Positions 8,947 to 17,994 are shown, counted from the stretch's first letter. The stretch: DNA of 64,000 nt from an uncultured Solibacteraceae bacterium (GCA_964472275.1 CAYYJN010000006.1:9122-73121); one strand, 5' to 3'. Made by a program: numbers and translations. The notes: generated by a model from the sequence alone, not told the origin.

Positions 8947-10448
8947 AAGCGCGGATTGGCTTCGCCGCACTTTGCTTGCTGCTTTCCTGCCGTCCGCATC
9001 CTCGTCCCCACACGGTGGTGATGGCGTGGGAGGCCTTTCCGCTGAGTTTGGATCCGCGGATGGGCAACGATCAGGCGAGCGAGCGGCTGCTGGCGCTCAC
9101 GCACCAGGGGCTGCTGCGGCGGGACGCGGAGCTGCGCCTGGTGCCGGATGGATGCCTCGCGTGGCGGTGGGTCACGCCCTACTCGGAACTCGCCTTCGAC
9201 TTTCCCGCGCCAGGACATGAGTCGGCCTCATGGTTCCGCTTTCCGGACGGCCGCTTCCTGCGCGCGGAGGACGCGCTCTGGAGCGTGAAGGCGCTCATGG
9301 ACGAACGCGTGCGCGGCGCGAAGGCCTCGGTCTTCCAGGCCGAGATCGCCTCCGCGTGGGTGGAGAACTCCGTTCTGCACCTGAAGCTAAAGGCGCCGGA
9401 TCCGGGCTTTCCTTCCAACCTCCTTCGCGGCGGCCTGGGGCTCGTGCCGGAGGGCGCGACCGGGGATGACCCGCCGGGGACGGGGCCGTACCGCCTCATC
9501 GCCCGCGTGCCGGAGCAGGAGCTGCTGCTCCAAGCCCGGCGCGAGCATCCGGATTTCAACGGTCGAGGCGAGCCTCAGGATCTGGATCTGCGGCTCATGC
9601 CCGACGCCACGGCGCGGTTGCTGGCGCTGCGCCATGGCAGCGTCCAGCTTTCCCTCAGCAACCTTCCGCCCGATCTCGCGGCCGCGGCGGGCGCGGGGGT
9701 GACGATCCGCACCGTGCGCGGCGCGTCGGAGGAGTATGTGGCCTTCCGTTGCGCCGACCCCGCCCTCAAGGACGCGCGGGTGCGAAAGGCCCTGAGTCTC
9801 GCGTTGGATCGGGAGCTGATGGTCCGAACGCTTCGGAACGGCTGGGCTCGACCCGCCTGGCGCTTCTTCCCGCCCGGCGACGGCGAGGCGACGCCGCTTC
9901 CCGACATCGCCACCCGACGCGCGGAAGCCACCCGTCTCCTGGATGACGCGGGGGTCACGGGACGACCCCGACTCACGCTCACGCTGCTCACGACGCCGGA
10001 GATCGAAGCCCGCGCCAAGGCTCTCGCCATCCAGGACCAGTGGCGGAAAATCGGCGTGGACCTGCGCCTGGAGACGAAAGAGTTCGGCGCGCTCTTTTCG
10101 GATGTGGTCGCCGGGCGATTCCAGGTGGTGAGCCTGCGCTGGACCGGCGTGACGGATCCGGCGATCCTCCGCCGCATCTTCCATTCGGCGTCCTTGCCGC
10201 CGAACGGCTTCAATCGCGGCCGCTACGCCGATCCGGAAACCGACCGCTTGCTGGACGCGGCGGACCGCGCCGAGCCCTCCGCGCGGCAAGCTCTGCTGGA
10301 TCAGGCTCAGGACCGCATCGCGGACCAGGCGCCCTACGCGATGCTCTGGTGGCCGGACCAGATCATCGCCTCGGCCCCCGGCGTGCAGGTGGACCTCAAC
10401 GGCGCGGGCGACTTCTCGGCGGTGTGGCGCGATAATCGGGCGCCATGA
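8931..10448 (+). CDS. ABC transporter substrate-binding protein, family 5 (peptide/nickel type), lipoprotein
   Basis: The lipobox-like N-terminus reads KARIGFAALCLLLSC. Length and motifs (LDPRMGNDQASERLL..L, WWPDQ) fit SBP family 5. An alternative GTG start at 8943 would give a GTGA overlap with anmK. Confidence 0.75.
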   Translation: MGVPVKARIGFAALCLLLSCRPHPRPHTVVMAWEAFPLSLDPRMGNDQASERLLALTHQGLLRRDAELRLVPDGCLAWRWVTPYSELAFDFPAPGHESASWFRFPDGRFLRAEDALWSVKALMDERVRGAKASVFQAEIASAWVENSVLHLKLKAPDPGFPSNLLRGGLGLVPEGATGDDPPGTGPYRLIARVPEQELLLQARREHPDFNGRGEPQDLDLRLMPDATARLLALRHGSVQLSLSNLPPDLAAAAGAGVTIRTVRGASEEYVAFRCADPALKDARVRKALSLALDRELMVRTLRNGWARPAWRFFPPGDGEATPLPDIATRRAEATRLLDDAGVTGRPRLTLTLLTTPEIEARAKALAIQDQWRKIGVDLRLETKEFGALFSDVVAGRFQVVSLRWTGVTDPAILRRIFHSASLPPNGFNRGRYADPETDRLLDAADRAEPSARQALLDQAQDRIADQAPYAMLWWPDQIIASAPGVQVDLNGAGDFSAVWRDNRAP

Positions 10449-12442
10449 GGCACGCGCGCTGGCTCGACCATCTGCCGCTCTGGGCGGTCTACGGGGCGGT
10501 GGCGCGCACGGGCATCTTCGAGCCCTGGGAGCTGGTCTTCATGGCGCTCCCGCTGGTGGCGGCCCTGGTCGTGGAACGCCTGCGCGCGGATCTCTCCCGC
10601 TGGCGGCTGCCGCTGGAACTGCTGGTGATCGCGTGGCTGGCCTTCGACCTGCTGGCGCACCACGGTTTCTTCGGCCAGTTGGTGCGCCTGCTCTTCCTGC
10701 TCAGCGGCCTGAGGCTCGCGCTGCCGCGCCAGGCGGCCCAGCGGCGGCAACTGCTGCTCATGGGCTTCCTGCTCTTCCTCACCACCGCCATCAGCAACGC
10801 GGACTTCGAATTCTTCGCGTGGACGCTCGCCTGGATGCTCGCCGCCACGCTGGCCTTGCTCCAACTGGCCTGGGAGCCGCCCGCGTCGCTGCGCCACGGC
10901 CCCGCGCCAAGGCCGCCCTTCCGCCTCGTGCCCGCATGGGCTGCGGGGGCGCTCCTGTTGGCCGGCGCCTTCTTCCTGCTGCTGCCGCGCCTCAACGCCG
11001 GGTGGCGGCCCTTCCCCTCCTTCGGCGCCGCCCTCGGCAAGCTGCAGGCTGGACTCAGCGATGAAGTGGATCTCGGCCAGCGCGGCGCCATCAGCGCCAA
11101 TCACGAGGTGGTGATGCGCGTGGTGCCGCCCACCGGCCTGGACGCAAACGCCCGCGACGCACTCGCGCGGCGGCTCGCCTACCTCCGCGGCATGACGCTG
11201 GAGCGCGTCCAGGGACAGCGCTGGGAGACGGACGACTACACGCCGACGCCCTTCGTCCACCTGGGTACGCAGGCGGATGGCGTGGGCGGCGAGTCGGGAA
11301 CGCCCCTGGAACTCTTCATCAGTCCCACGCCGCGCGGCCTCGTGCCGCTCCCCTACGGCACGCTCTACGCCGGGTCGCCCTTCGGTCAGCGCTTGCGCCG
11401 CGGCGAGGGCGGAAGTTGGCGCCTACCCTTTCCCGTCACCCGTGGCGTGCCCGTGCCGGTCACTCAGGTCGTCCCAGGCCGCGGACCCGACGACGCGCTC
11501 CCCCTCGACGATGACCGCCCCCCCATCGGCCGCCGCCTCGCGCTGCTGCTCGATCTCCAGCCCGCCCACGAGGCCGCGCGGAAGGCGAGCCTCGCCTGGG
11601 CGCCGGGCGTGATGAGCGCGCCCGCGCTCGCGGCGGCGTTGGAGGCGAAACTCCGCACCTTCCGCTACACCCTCGACAACCCGTGCGGCACGGCGGCGAA
11701 TCCGCTGGAGGACTTCCTGGACCGCGCCCAGGCGGGCCACTGCGAATACTTCGCCTCCGCGCTCGCGCTCATGCTGCGCGCCAGGGGCGTGCCCGCGCGG
11801 GTGGTGAACGGCTACCGCCTCGGCGCGTGGGTGCCCGAAGGCGGCTACTGGCTCATCACGCAGGATGAAGCCCATTCCTGGGTCGAGTATTGGGATGACG
11901 CGGCCAAGGTCTGGCGCGTGGGCGATGGCACGCCGCCCTTCGCCGCCGCGACGGATGAAAGCTGGTCCGAGACCTGGACGCGGCTCGCCGACGCCGTCTC
12001 CTTCAAGTGGGACCGTTATGTGGTGCGCTTCTCAGGCGATGACCAGGCCGCGGGGATCTCTTCCATCCAAGGTCTGGCGCAGGGCCTCTCCAAAGGCTGG
12101 TCCTGGTCCTGGAAGCGGCCCTCGCCGTTGACCCTCGGGCTCCTCGTGTTCGTGGCCGCAGCCTGGGCGGCGTGGCGCTTCCGTCCCAAGCCGAAGGACG
12201 GCGGGCTCACCGAGCCGAAGGGGCTGAAGGCCCTCACGCCCTTGCTGCGCAAGGTGCGCAAGCTCGCGCCGCCCGAACCCGGCGAAACCGCCCGGGCCTG
12301 GCTCCTCCGCCTCGCCAAACTCCGTCCCGACCGGGAAGGCCCGCTGAAAGGGCTCGCCGAGGCCGTGGACCGCGCCCTCTACGGCGGCGGAGACGATGCG
12401 TTGCGCCCCCTCGTGAAAGCCGAAGCGCGAGCCTGGAAATAG
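10445..12442 (+). CDS. transglutaminase-like membrane protein (TgpA-like)
   Basis: A multi-TM N-terminal half is followed by a transglutaminase core: GHCEYFASALALMLRARGVPARVVNGY (Cys), HSWVEYWDD (His/Asp) and a C-terminal TM. There is an ATGA overlap with the SBP gene. Confidence 0.85.
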   Translation: MRHARWLDHLPLWAVYGAVARTGIFEPWELVFMALPLVAALVVERLRADLSRWRLPLELLVIAWLAFDLLAHHGFFGQLVRLLFLLSGLRLALPRQAAQRRQLLLMGFLLFLTTAISNADFEFFAWTLAWMLAATLALLQLAWEPPASLRHGPAPRPPFRLVPAWAAGALLLAGAFFLLLPRLNAGWRPFPSFGAALGKLQAGLSDEVDLGQRGAISANHEVVMRVVPPTGLDANARDALARRLAYLRGMTLERVQGQRWETDDYTPTPFVHLGTQADGVGGESGTPLELFISPTPRGLVPLPYGTLYAGSPFGQRLRRGEGGSWRLPFPVTRGVPVPVTQVVPGRGPDDALPLDDDRPPIGRRLALLLDLQPAHEAARKASLAWAPGVMSAPALAAALEAKLRTFRYTLDNPCGTAANPLEDFLDRAQAGHCEYFASALALMLRARGVPARVVNGYRLGAWVPEGGYWLITQDEAHSWVEYWDDAAKVWRVGDGTPPFAAATDESWSETWTRLADAVSFKWDRYVVRFSGDDQAAGISSIQGLAQGLSKGWSWSWKRPSPLTLGLLVFVAAAWAAWRFRPKPKDGGLTEPKGLKALTPLLRKVRKLAPPEPGETARAWLLRLAKLRPDREGPLKGLAEAVDRALYGGGDDALRPLVKAEARAWK

Positions 12443-12445
12443 AAA

Positions 12446-12566
12446 CAGGCTGGAGGCTGGAGACCGGAGGCTGGAGGTGTTGGAGCGGCCTTCGGCCGCG
12501 CCTTAAAAACGAACGGCGCCCATGGGGCGCCGCACGAAAGAGACCTCCAGTCTCCAGCCTGAAACC
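12446..12566. repeat. intergenic palindromic element, copy B (GGCTGGAG word arms)
   Basis: The left arm is CAGGCTGGAGGCTGGAGACCGGAGGCTGGAGG and the right arm is CCTCCAGTCTCCAGCCTG. The centre holds two GC hairpins, GCGGCCTTCGGCCGC and GGCGCCCATGGGGCGCC. It is the same family as 13911..14073, in inverted orientation. Confidence 0.85.
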
Positions 12567-12995
12567 TCAATCCATCTTGCTGGTGTCCAGGGTGCCATCC
12601 AGGAACTGGGTGAACTCCTTGGGCGGGAGGTAGCTGGCGAGGGAACGGACGGTGTTGCCGTTCTCGTCGAGGATGTAGAGGCTCGGGAAGCCCTTCACGG
12701 CGAACTGCTTTTCGAGCGCCTTGTCCTCGGTGGGGGTACCGTCCTTGAGCTGGGTGCGGACGGAAAGCGGCACGAAATTCCGCAGCGCGGCCTGGGCTTC
12801 CGGCGTGGGGAAGGTCTCGTTGCGCATCTTCGTGCACCAGCCGCACCAGTCGGTGTAGATGTCCATGAAGATCTGCTTGTGCTCCTTCTTGGCGCGGGCC
12901 TTGGCGGCTTCCAGGTTGTGCTCCCAGGAGATGGGGCCTTGAGCGAAAGCCGGAAGGGCGGCGAAAACGAGAGCGGCGGGGATGAGGCGCTTCAT
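12567..12995 (-). CDS. exported thioredoxin-fold protein (CGWC active site)
   Basis: Signal peptide MKRLIPAALVFAALPAFAQG. The thioredoxin-like motif is FMDIYTDWCGWCTKM, with GFPSLYILD downstream. Confidence 0.82.
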   Translation of the reverse strand: MKRLIPAALVFAALPAFAQGPISWEHNLEAAKARAKKEHKQIFMDIYTDWCGWCTKMRNETFPTPEAQAALRNFVPLSVRTQLKDGTPTEDKALEKQFAVKGFPSLYILDENGNTVRSLASYLPPKEFTQFLDGTLDTSKMD

Positions 12996-13015
12996 GCGTG
13001 GCTCCTGAGGGCGAG

Positions 13016-13432
13016 CTATTCGCCCGAAATGAACTTGACGAGACCGGCGGTGTCGAGCGCGCCGGTGTGGCGGCGGATCACCTTCCCATCCTCATCGAGG
13101 AGGACGAGGGTGGGATAGGCCTGGGTGCCGTACTTCTGATCCACGGCGACCCCGGCGGGAACGGGGGTGCGGTCCTTCTTCTCCACCAGCACGGAGGCGG
13201 CGACCACCTTGCGGAGCGCGGCCTGGGCCTGGGGCGTGGGGAAGACATCCTTCCGCATGCGCTGGCAGGGCGGGCACCACTCGGCCCAGATGTCCACGAA
13301 GACCCGGCGGTGGGTGGCCTTGGCCTCCTTCAACGCGCCGTCCAGGTTCTCGTGCCAGGAAATGCCCTGACCGAGCATCGGCAAGGCGGCGGAGAGCAGG
13401 GCGGCGGCTAGGGGAAGGCGTTTCATGGGCAC
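13016..13432 (-). CDS. exported thioredoxin-fold protein (CPPC active site), paralogue of 12567..12995
   Basis: Signal peptide MPMKRLPLAAALLSAALPMLGQG. Motifs are FVDIWAEWCPPCQRM and YPTLVLLD. It is colinear with its neighbour, for example in the shared FPTPEAQAALR/FPTPQAQAALR segment. Confidence 0.82.
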   Translation of the reverse strand: MPMKRLPLAAALLSAALPMLGQGISWHENLDGALKEAKATHRRVFVDIWAEWCPPCQRMRKDVFPTPQAQAALRKVVAASVLVEKKDRTPVPAGVAVDQKYGTQAYPTLVLLDEDGKVIRRHTGALDTAGLVKFISGE

Positions 13433-13570
13433 CTCGTCTCCGGAATGGGATGCTCCGGATGGAAGCCTCGTTCCACGATACTCCCCTCCCGGCTAATCCG
13501 CTTCCGCGCAAGGCCGTAATCCATTCCAGACCCGGCAGCCGCAGAACCCGGCAACCCAAAGGAGCATTTC

Positions 13571-13912
13571 ATGCGCGCCCTCATCGCCCCGCTGGCGCTC
13601 GCCGCCAGCCTCGCCCTCCCCCTGTCCGCCCAAGGCGCCACGCGCTATATCAAGGTGGACATCGTGTCCCAGGACGGCCACGGCCGCCATAAGGGCAACG
13701 GCCCCACCGAAGTCCACATGCGCACGCCGCTCAGCCTGGCCACCAGCATCCTCGAGTGCGCCCAGGACAGCGAGATCCGCGTGAACGGCAAGGACAGCAA
13801 GCCCCTCAAGGCCGACCAGCTCGTGAAGATGCTCCAGGATTCCAAGCCCGGCGACCTGCTGCTGGAAATCACCACCAACGACGGCGACCACATCACGGTG
13901 AAGGTGGAATAG
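13571..13912 (+). CDS. small exported hypothetical protein
   Basis: 113-aa ORF with signal peptide MRALIAPLALAASLALPLSAQG. I recognise no family. Confidence 0.55.
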   Translation: MRALIAPLALAASLALPLSAQGATRYIKVDIVSQDGHGRHKGNGPTEVHMRTPLSLATSILECAQDSEIRVNGKDSKPLKADQLVKMLQDSKPGDLLLEITTNDGDHITVKVE

Positions 13913-14073
13913 GTTCTCAGGCTGGAGACTGACCCTAGATCCAAGGCGACGCATGCGTCGGCTTGGGGAGACCTCTCTGGCGCGGCGCCCTTCGGGGCGC
14001 CGTGCTTTTTTAAGGGCGCGGCTGAAGGCCGCACAAAAAAACCTCCAGCCTCCAGCCTCCAGCCCCTAGCCTG
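13911..14073. repeat. intergenic palindromic element, copy C (inverted copy of B with an extra hairpin)
   Basis: Its reverse complement aligns with 12446..12566 end to end: the same termini, the same two GC hairpins and the TTAAAAA spacer. It carries an extra hairpin, CCAAGGCGACGCATGCGTCGGCTTGG, at 13941-13966. Confidence 0.85.
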
Positions 14074-14078
14074 AAAAA

Positions 14079-14483
14079 ATGGAATCCCTCACCGAGATCC
14101 GGGTCCGCTACGCCGAGACGGATGCCATGGGCATCGTCCACCACAGCCACTACATCGTCTGGGTGGAGCTGGGGCGCTCGGACTTCCTGCGGCGGCTCGG
14201 GATGAGCTACGCGGAGTGGGAGGCGATGGGCGTGAAGCTCCCCGTGAACGGCATCGCGCTCACCTACCGCGCGCCCGCGCGTTACGACGAGCTGGTGCAG
14301 GTGCGGACGAGGCTCGCATCCGCCACGCGACGCCAAGCGGTGTTCGCCTACCGCATCGAGCGGGATGGCCTCCTCCTCGCCGAGGGCGAGAGTCGGCATC
14401 TGGTGGCGGGGAACGATGGCCGCGCCGCCACCCTGCCCGATCACTTGTTGGAGCTCCTGCGGAGTTCGCTCACCCCAGCTTGA
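14079..14483 (+). CDS. acyl-CoA thioesterase, 4HBT/YbgC family
   Basis: VRYAETDAMGIVHHSHYIVW is the hot-dog-fold catalytic Asp motif. At 134 aa the length is typical of YbgC-like thioesterases. Confidence 0.85.
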   Translation: MESLTEIRVRYAETDAMGIVHHSHYIVWVELGRSDFLRRLGMSYAEWEAMGVKLPVNGIALTYRAPARYDELVQVRTRLASATRRQAVFAYRIERDGLLLAEGESRHLVAGNDGRAATLPDHLLELLRSSLTPA

Positions 14484-15102
14484 GGGAGCGCCGAGGATCG
14501 GTCTTGAGGGCGAGGGCCAGCGCGGCGCCGACGGTTTCCATCACTTCCCGCCGCGAGGCCGAGAAGGCGTCTTTGGGAAAGGCCTGGAAGCTCAGCACGC
14601 CGAAGGGGCGATCGGGCCAACCCGCGCCGACGCCGAGGGGAACGCCGAACCAGCTTTCGGGGATGAGCCCGGTGATGCGTTCGGCGTCCGTGAGCGCGAC
14701 GCCCGCTTCCTCCTGCAAGCGCAGTTCGGGAAAGTAGAGCGGCTCCTTGGCCCGGAGCACGCGCGTGGTGAGCCCCCCGAATTGGCTGAACACGCGCGTC
14801 GCCACCATGCGCGCCTTGCCGCCTTCGCAGTAGAGCGGAAAGTCCAAGGCGTCGTGGTCGTAATCCACCAGCGCGAGGTAGAAGGTGGCGAGGCCCATGC
14901 AGGCTTCGCACCCGCTGCGGATGCTTTCGGCCAGGGCCTTCGGCTCAAGGCCGGGCTTGAGGGTGGCGAGGATCTCCAAGGTGAGGCCGCGATCCGCGTC
15001 CCGCTCCTTGAGCGCGAGCGCCAAGGTGTCCCGCTCGGTGGACGCCCTCGGGCGGATTGCCGCCGGAACCCGCTCCGCGCGCTTGAACCCCCCGAAGAGC
15101 AT
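14470..15102 (-). CDS. stand-alone GAF-domain protein (paralogue 3 of 3)
   Basis: GAF-like core: GLATFYLALVDYDHDALDFPLYCEGG...ESWFGVPLGVGAGWPDRPFGVLSFQAFPKDAFS. It is colinear with the two upstream genes. The N-terminus begins MLFGGFKRAE. Confidence 0.75.
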   Translation of the reverse strand: MLFGGFKRAERVPAAIRPRASTERDTLALALKERDADRGLTLEILATLKPGLEPKALAESIRSGCEACMGLATFYLALVDYDHDALDFPLYCEGGKARMVATRVFSQFGGLTTRVLRAKEPLYFPELRLQEEAGVALTDAERITGLIPESWFGVPLGVGAGWPDRPFGVLSFQAFPKDAFSASRREVMETVGAALALALKTDPRRSLKLG

Positions 15103-15111
15103 CCGCGCCTC

Positions 15112-15813
15112 CTAGGAAGGTTGAGGAACAGCCTTGAGGGCGAAGGCCAGCACTTCGCCGAGCGCTTCCATGAGCCGCAGCCGCGAGGCTGGGAAGGCAT
15201 CCGGTTGAAAGCTCTGGAAGCTCACGACGCCGAAGGGGCGCTCGCCCCAGGCGGGATGCGCGCCGAGGGGCACCCCGTGCCAGCTTTGGGGCACGAGGCC
15301 GCTGTCCTGCTCGGCCTGGGAAAGCACGACGCCATAGGTCCGGCCTTCCGCCAGCGTCTTCAAGTAAAGGGGGCGCTTCAGCTTCAGCGTTTCGCCCGTG
15401 AGTCCCGGCGAGCCGGACAGGCTTCGGTCGGCCTGAGTCCGGTTCCGCCCGCCCTCGTAGTAGTAGGGAAAGTGGAGCGTGTCCTTCTCCCAATCGGCCA
15501 GCGCGAGGAAGAAGGACGCGAGACCGAGGGGACGCTGGCATAGGCCGAACAGCGCCGCGGCCAGCGCCTCGGGCGGCATCCCAGGTTGCAGGACGCGCAA
15601 CGCGCCGGTCAGCAGGGCGCGGTCCTCGTCCACATGCCGGATCAGCTCCTTCAGATCCTCGACTTGAGCCTTCTCGCGGTCCTCCGCCGCTCGCGCCGAC
15701 ACGGGTGAAGGCGATTTGGGGGCTTCGGAGGCGAAGAGGTTCACGCGAGGTTCCGAGCGGGGTTGGGTCCGCCCCAAGGTGGGGCGGCGCGCCTCGAAAG
15801 CAACCCTCCCCAC
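15112..15813 (-). CDS. stand-alone GAF-domain protein (paralogue 2 of 3)
   Basis: GLASFFLALADWEKDTLHFPYYYEGG...QSWHGVPLGAHPAWGERPFGVVSFQSFQPDAFP. The start is uncertain. A GTG at 15744 (VNLFASEAPK) would match the N-termini of the paralogues. Confidence 0.7.
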   Translation of the reverse strand: MGRVAFEARRPTLGRTQPRSEPRVNLFASEAPKSPSPVSARAAEDREKAQVEDLKELIRHVDEDRALLTGALRVLQPGMPPEALAAALFGLCQRPLGLASFFLALADWEKDTLHFPYYYEGGRNRTQADRSLSGSPGLTGETLKLKRPLYLKTLAEGRTYGVVLSQAEQDSGLVPQSWHGVPLGAHPAWGERPFGVVSFQSFQPDAFPASRLRLMEALGEVLAFALKAVPQPS

Positions 15814-15817
15814 CCGG

Positions 15818-16468
15818 TCATGGGCTGGCCTTCAGCGCGAGCGCCAGGATCGCCGCGCTGGCGTCCATCAGCCGCCGCCTGGATTCAGAGAAGGCATCCG
15901 GGTGGAAGCTCTGGAAACTGAGGAGCCCGAAGGCCTGGCCGGATCGCCCTGTCCCCAGGCCCAGAGGAATGCCGTACCAGCTTTGCGGGACCAACCCGCT
16001 GATGCGCTCCGCTTCGGAGAAGATCGCGCCCGCGTCCCGCGCCTCCTCCAGCGTGCGGATGTAAAGCGGCGCCCGCGCGCGCACGGCCTTGCCGGTGAGG
16101 CCGCCGCCCTCCTCGCCAGAAAAGGCGCGCTCCGGCTGGTTCCGAAGCCTGCCGCCCTCGTGATAGATGGGGAACCGGATCCGGTCCTGGTCCCAGTCAA
16201 TGAGCGCGAGGAAGAGCGACGCGAGGCCCAGGGGCTTGAAGCAGATGTCTAGCAGTACCTCCCCGGCGGCCTTGGGTTCCAATCCCGGCTTCAGTTCCAG
16301 CGCCACGCGCATGAGCAGCAGGCGGTCCTCATCCAGGTGGCGGACCAGCTCATCCAGCGCCTCCAGTTGCCCGGCCTTCTGGGCCACCGCGACCTCGGCG
16401 AGGTGGACCCGCTGCGCGAGCTCCACCGGCGTTTCGCCTTTGGGCTTCCCGAAATTGAAGAGCCCCAT
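15818..16468 (-). CDS. stand-alone GAF-domain protein (paralogue 1 of 3)
   Basis: MGLFNFGKPK at the N-terminus is followed by a helical segment. The GAF core reads GLASLFLALIDWDQDRIRFPIYHEGG...QSWYGIPLGLGTGRSGQAFGLLSFQSFHPDAFS. Confidence 0.75.
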   Translation of the reverse strand: MGLFNFGKPKGETPVELAQRVHLAEVAVAQKAGQLEALDELVRHLDEDRLLLMRVALELKPGLEPKAAGEVLLDICFKPLGLASLFLALIDWDQDRIRFPIYHEGGRLRNQPERAFSGEEGGGLTGKAVRARAPLYIRTLEEARDAGAIFSEAERISGLVPQSWYGIPLGLGTGRSGQAFGLLSFQSFHPDAFSESRRRLMDASAAILALALKASP

Positions 16469-16503
16469 GGGGCCTCCCCGGCGGTTTGTGGTGAGATGGA
16501 TGG

Positions 16504-17955
16504 ATGCAGAGCATGCACCTTCCGGTCTCCGTGTTCAACACCCTGACGAGGGGCGTGGAAGCGGTGCGGCCAGGAAGCGATGGCCGGATCCGCATCTACA
16601 ACTGCGGCCCAACGGTGTACAACTTCGTCCACATCGGCAATCTCCGCACCTTCCTCTTCCAGGATCTGCTGCGTCGGACCCTGGTGGCCTCGGGTCACGA
16701 GGTGACCTTCTGCATGAACCTGACGGATGTGGAGGACAAGATCATCCGGGATTCGCAAGGCGGCCTGCCCGAATCCGCCACCAACGCCGATCGCCACGCG
16801 GCCATGAAGGCCCTCACCGAGCGCTTCACGGCCCTGTTCCTGGAGGACTTGGACGCTCTCCGCATCCTCCGCCCCGATGTGATGCCCAAGGCCACGGACC
16901 ACATCCCCCACATGATCGCCCTCATCCAGAAGCTGGAGGCCAAGGGCCTCGCCTACGCGCGGGAGGGTTCCGTCTACTACCGCATCGCGGGCCTGCCCCA
17001 GTACGGCTGCCTCGCCCATCTGGACCGAGAGGGCATGCGCGTGGGCTCCTCCGTGGACGCCGACGAATACGAGCGCGACACCGTCAACGATTTCGTGCTC
17101 TGGAAAGCCCACAAGCCCGGCGAACCTTCCTGGGAGAGTCCCTGGGGGGCCGGCCGCCCCGGCTGGCACATCGAGTGCTCGGCCATGGGCATCGAACACC
17201 TGGGCGAGCGCGTGGAACTCCACACCGGCGGCGTGGATCTCATCTTCCCGCATCACGAGAACGAGATCGCCCAGAGCGAAGGCGCGCTCGGCCACGCCTG
17301 GGTCTCGTCGTGGGTCCACGGCGAATTCCTCATGGTCGAGGGCGAGAAAATGTCCAAGTCCCTGGGCAACTTCTTCACGCTCCGCGATCTGATGGACAAG
17401 GGCGTGGACCCCATCGCCTTCCGCTTCGCCATCCAGAGCAACCACTACCGCAAGCTCTACAACTTCTCCTTCGAGGGCCTAAAGGGCGCGGAGAACGCGC
17501 TCAAGCGCGTCCGCGCCTTCCGTCGGCGCATGGAAGGCGAGGGCGAGGCGGGCGGCGGCCAATGGAAGGAAGCCATCCAGCCCCTGCCCCGCATCGAGGC
17601 CGCGCGCGAGGCCTTCTGGAAGGCCATGGGCGATGACCTCAACACGCCCGAGGCGCTGGCGGCGATCTTCACGCTCATCACCGATCTCAACGCCCAGGAC
17701 GACCGCATCGCCCTCACCCACGAAGAGCGGAAGACCGCGCTCGCCTTCCTGGATGAGACGGATGCGATTTTCGCGGCCTGGCCCCACGAAGGTGGCGACG
17801 GGGATGCCGAAGTCGAAGCGCTCCTCGCCGCCCGCAAGGCCGCCAAGGCCTCAAAGGACTGGGCCGAGGCTGATCGCCTCCGCGACCAGATCAAGGCCAT
17901 GGGCATCGTCCTCGAAGACAAGAAGGACGGAACGACGGTGTGGCATCGCGGCTAG
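16504..17955 (+). CDS. cysS: cysteine--tRNA ligase
   Basis: The HIGH motif HIGNLRTF, the KMSKS motif KMSKSLGN and the zinc-site context CGPTVYN are present. An alternative start lies at 16513. Confidence 0.95.
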   Translation: MQSMHLPVSVFNTLTRGVEAVRPGSDGRIRIYNCGPTVYNFVHIGNLRTFLFQDLLRRTLVASGHEVTFCMNLTDVEDKIIRDSQGGLPESATNADRHAAMKALTERFTALFLEDLDALRILRPDVMPKATDHIPHMIALIQKLEAKGLAYAREGSVYYRIAGLPQYGCLAHLDREGMRVGSSVDADEYERDTVNDFVLWKAHKPGEPSWESPWGAGRPGWHIECSAMGIEHLGERVELHTGGVDLIFPHHENEIAQSEGALGHAWVSSWVHGEFLMVEGEKMSKSLGNFFTLRDLMDKGVDPIAFRFAIQSNHYRKLYNFSFEGLKGAENALKRVRAFRRRMEGEGEAGGGQWKEAIQPLPRIEAAREAFWKAMGDDLNTPEALAAIFTLITDLNAQDDRIALTHEERKTALAFLDETDAIFAAWPHEGGDGDAEVEALLAARKAAKASKDWAEADRLRDQIKAMGIVLEDKKDGTTVWHRG

Positions 17956-17994
17956 CAAAGTGCCATCCTTGGGCCGACCCCCAAGGAGATCGCC

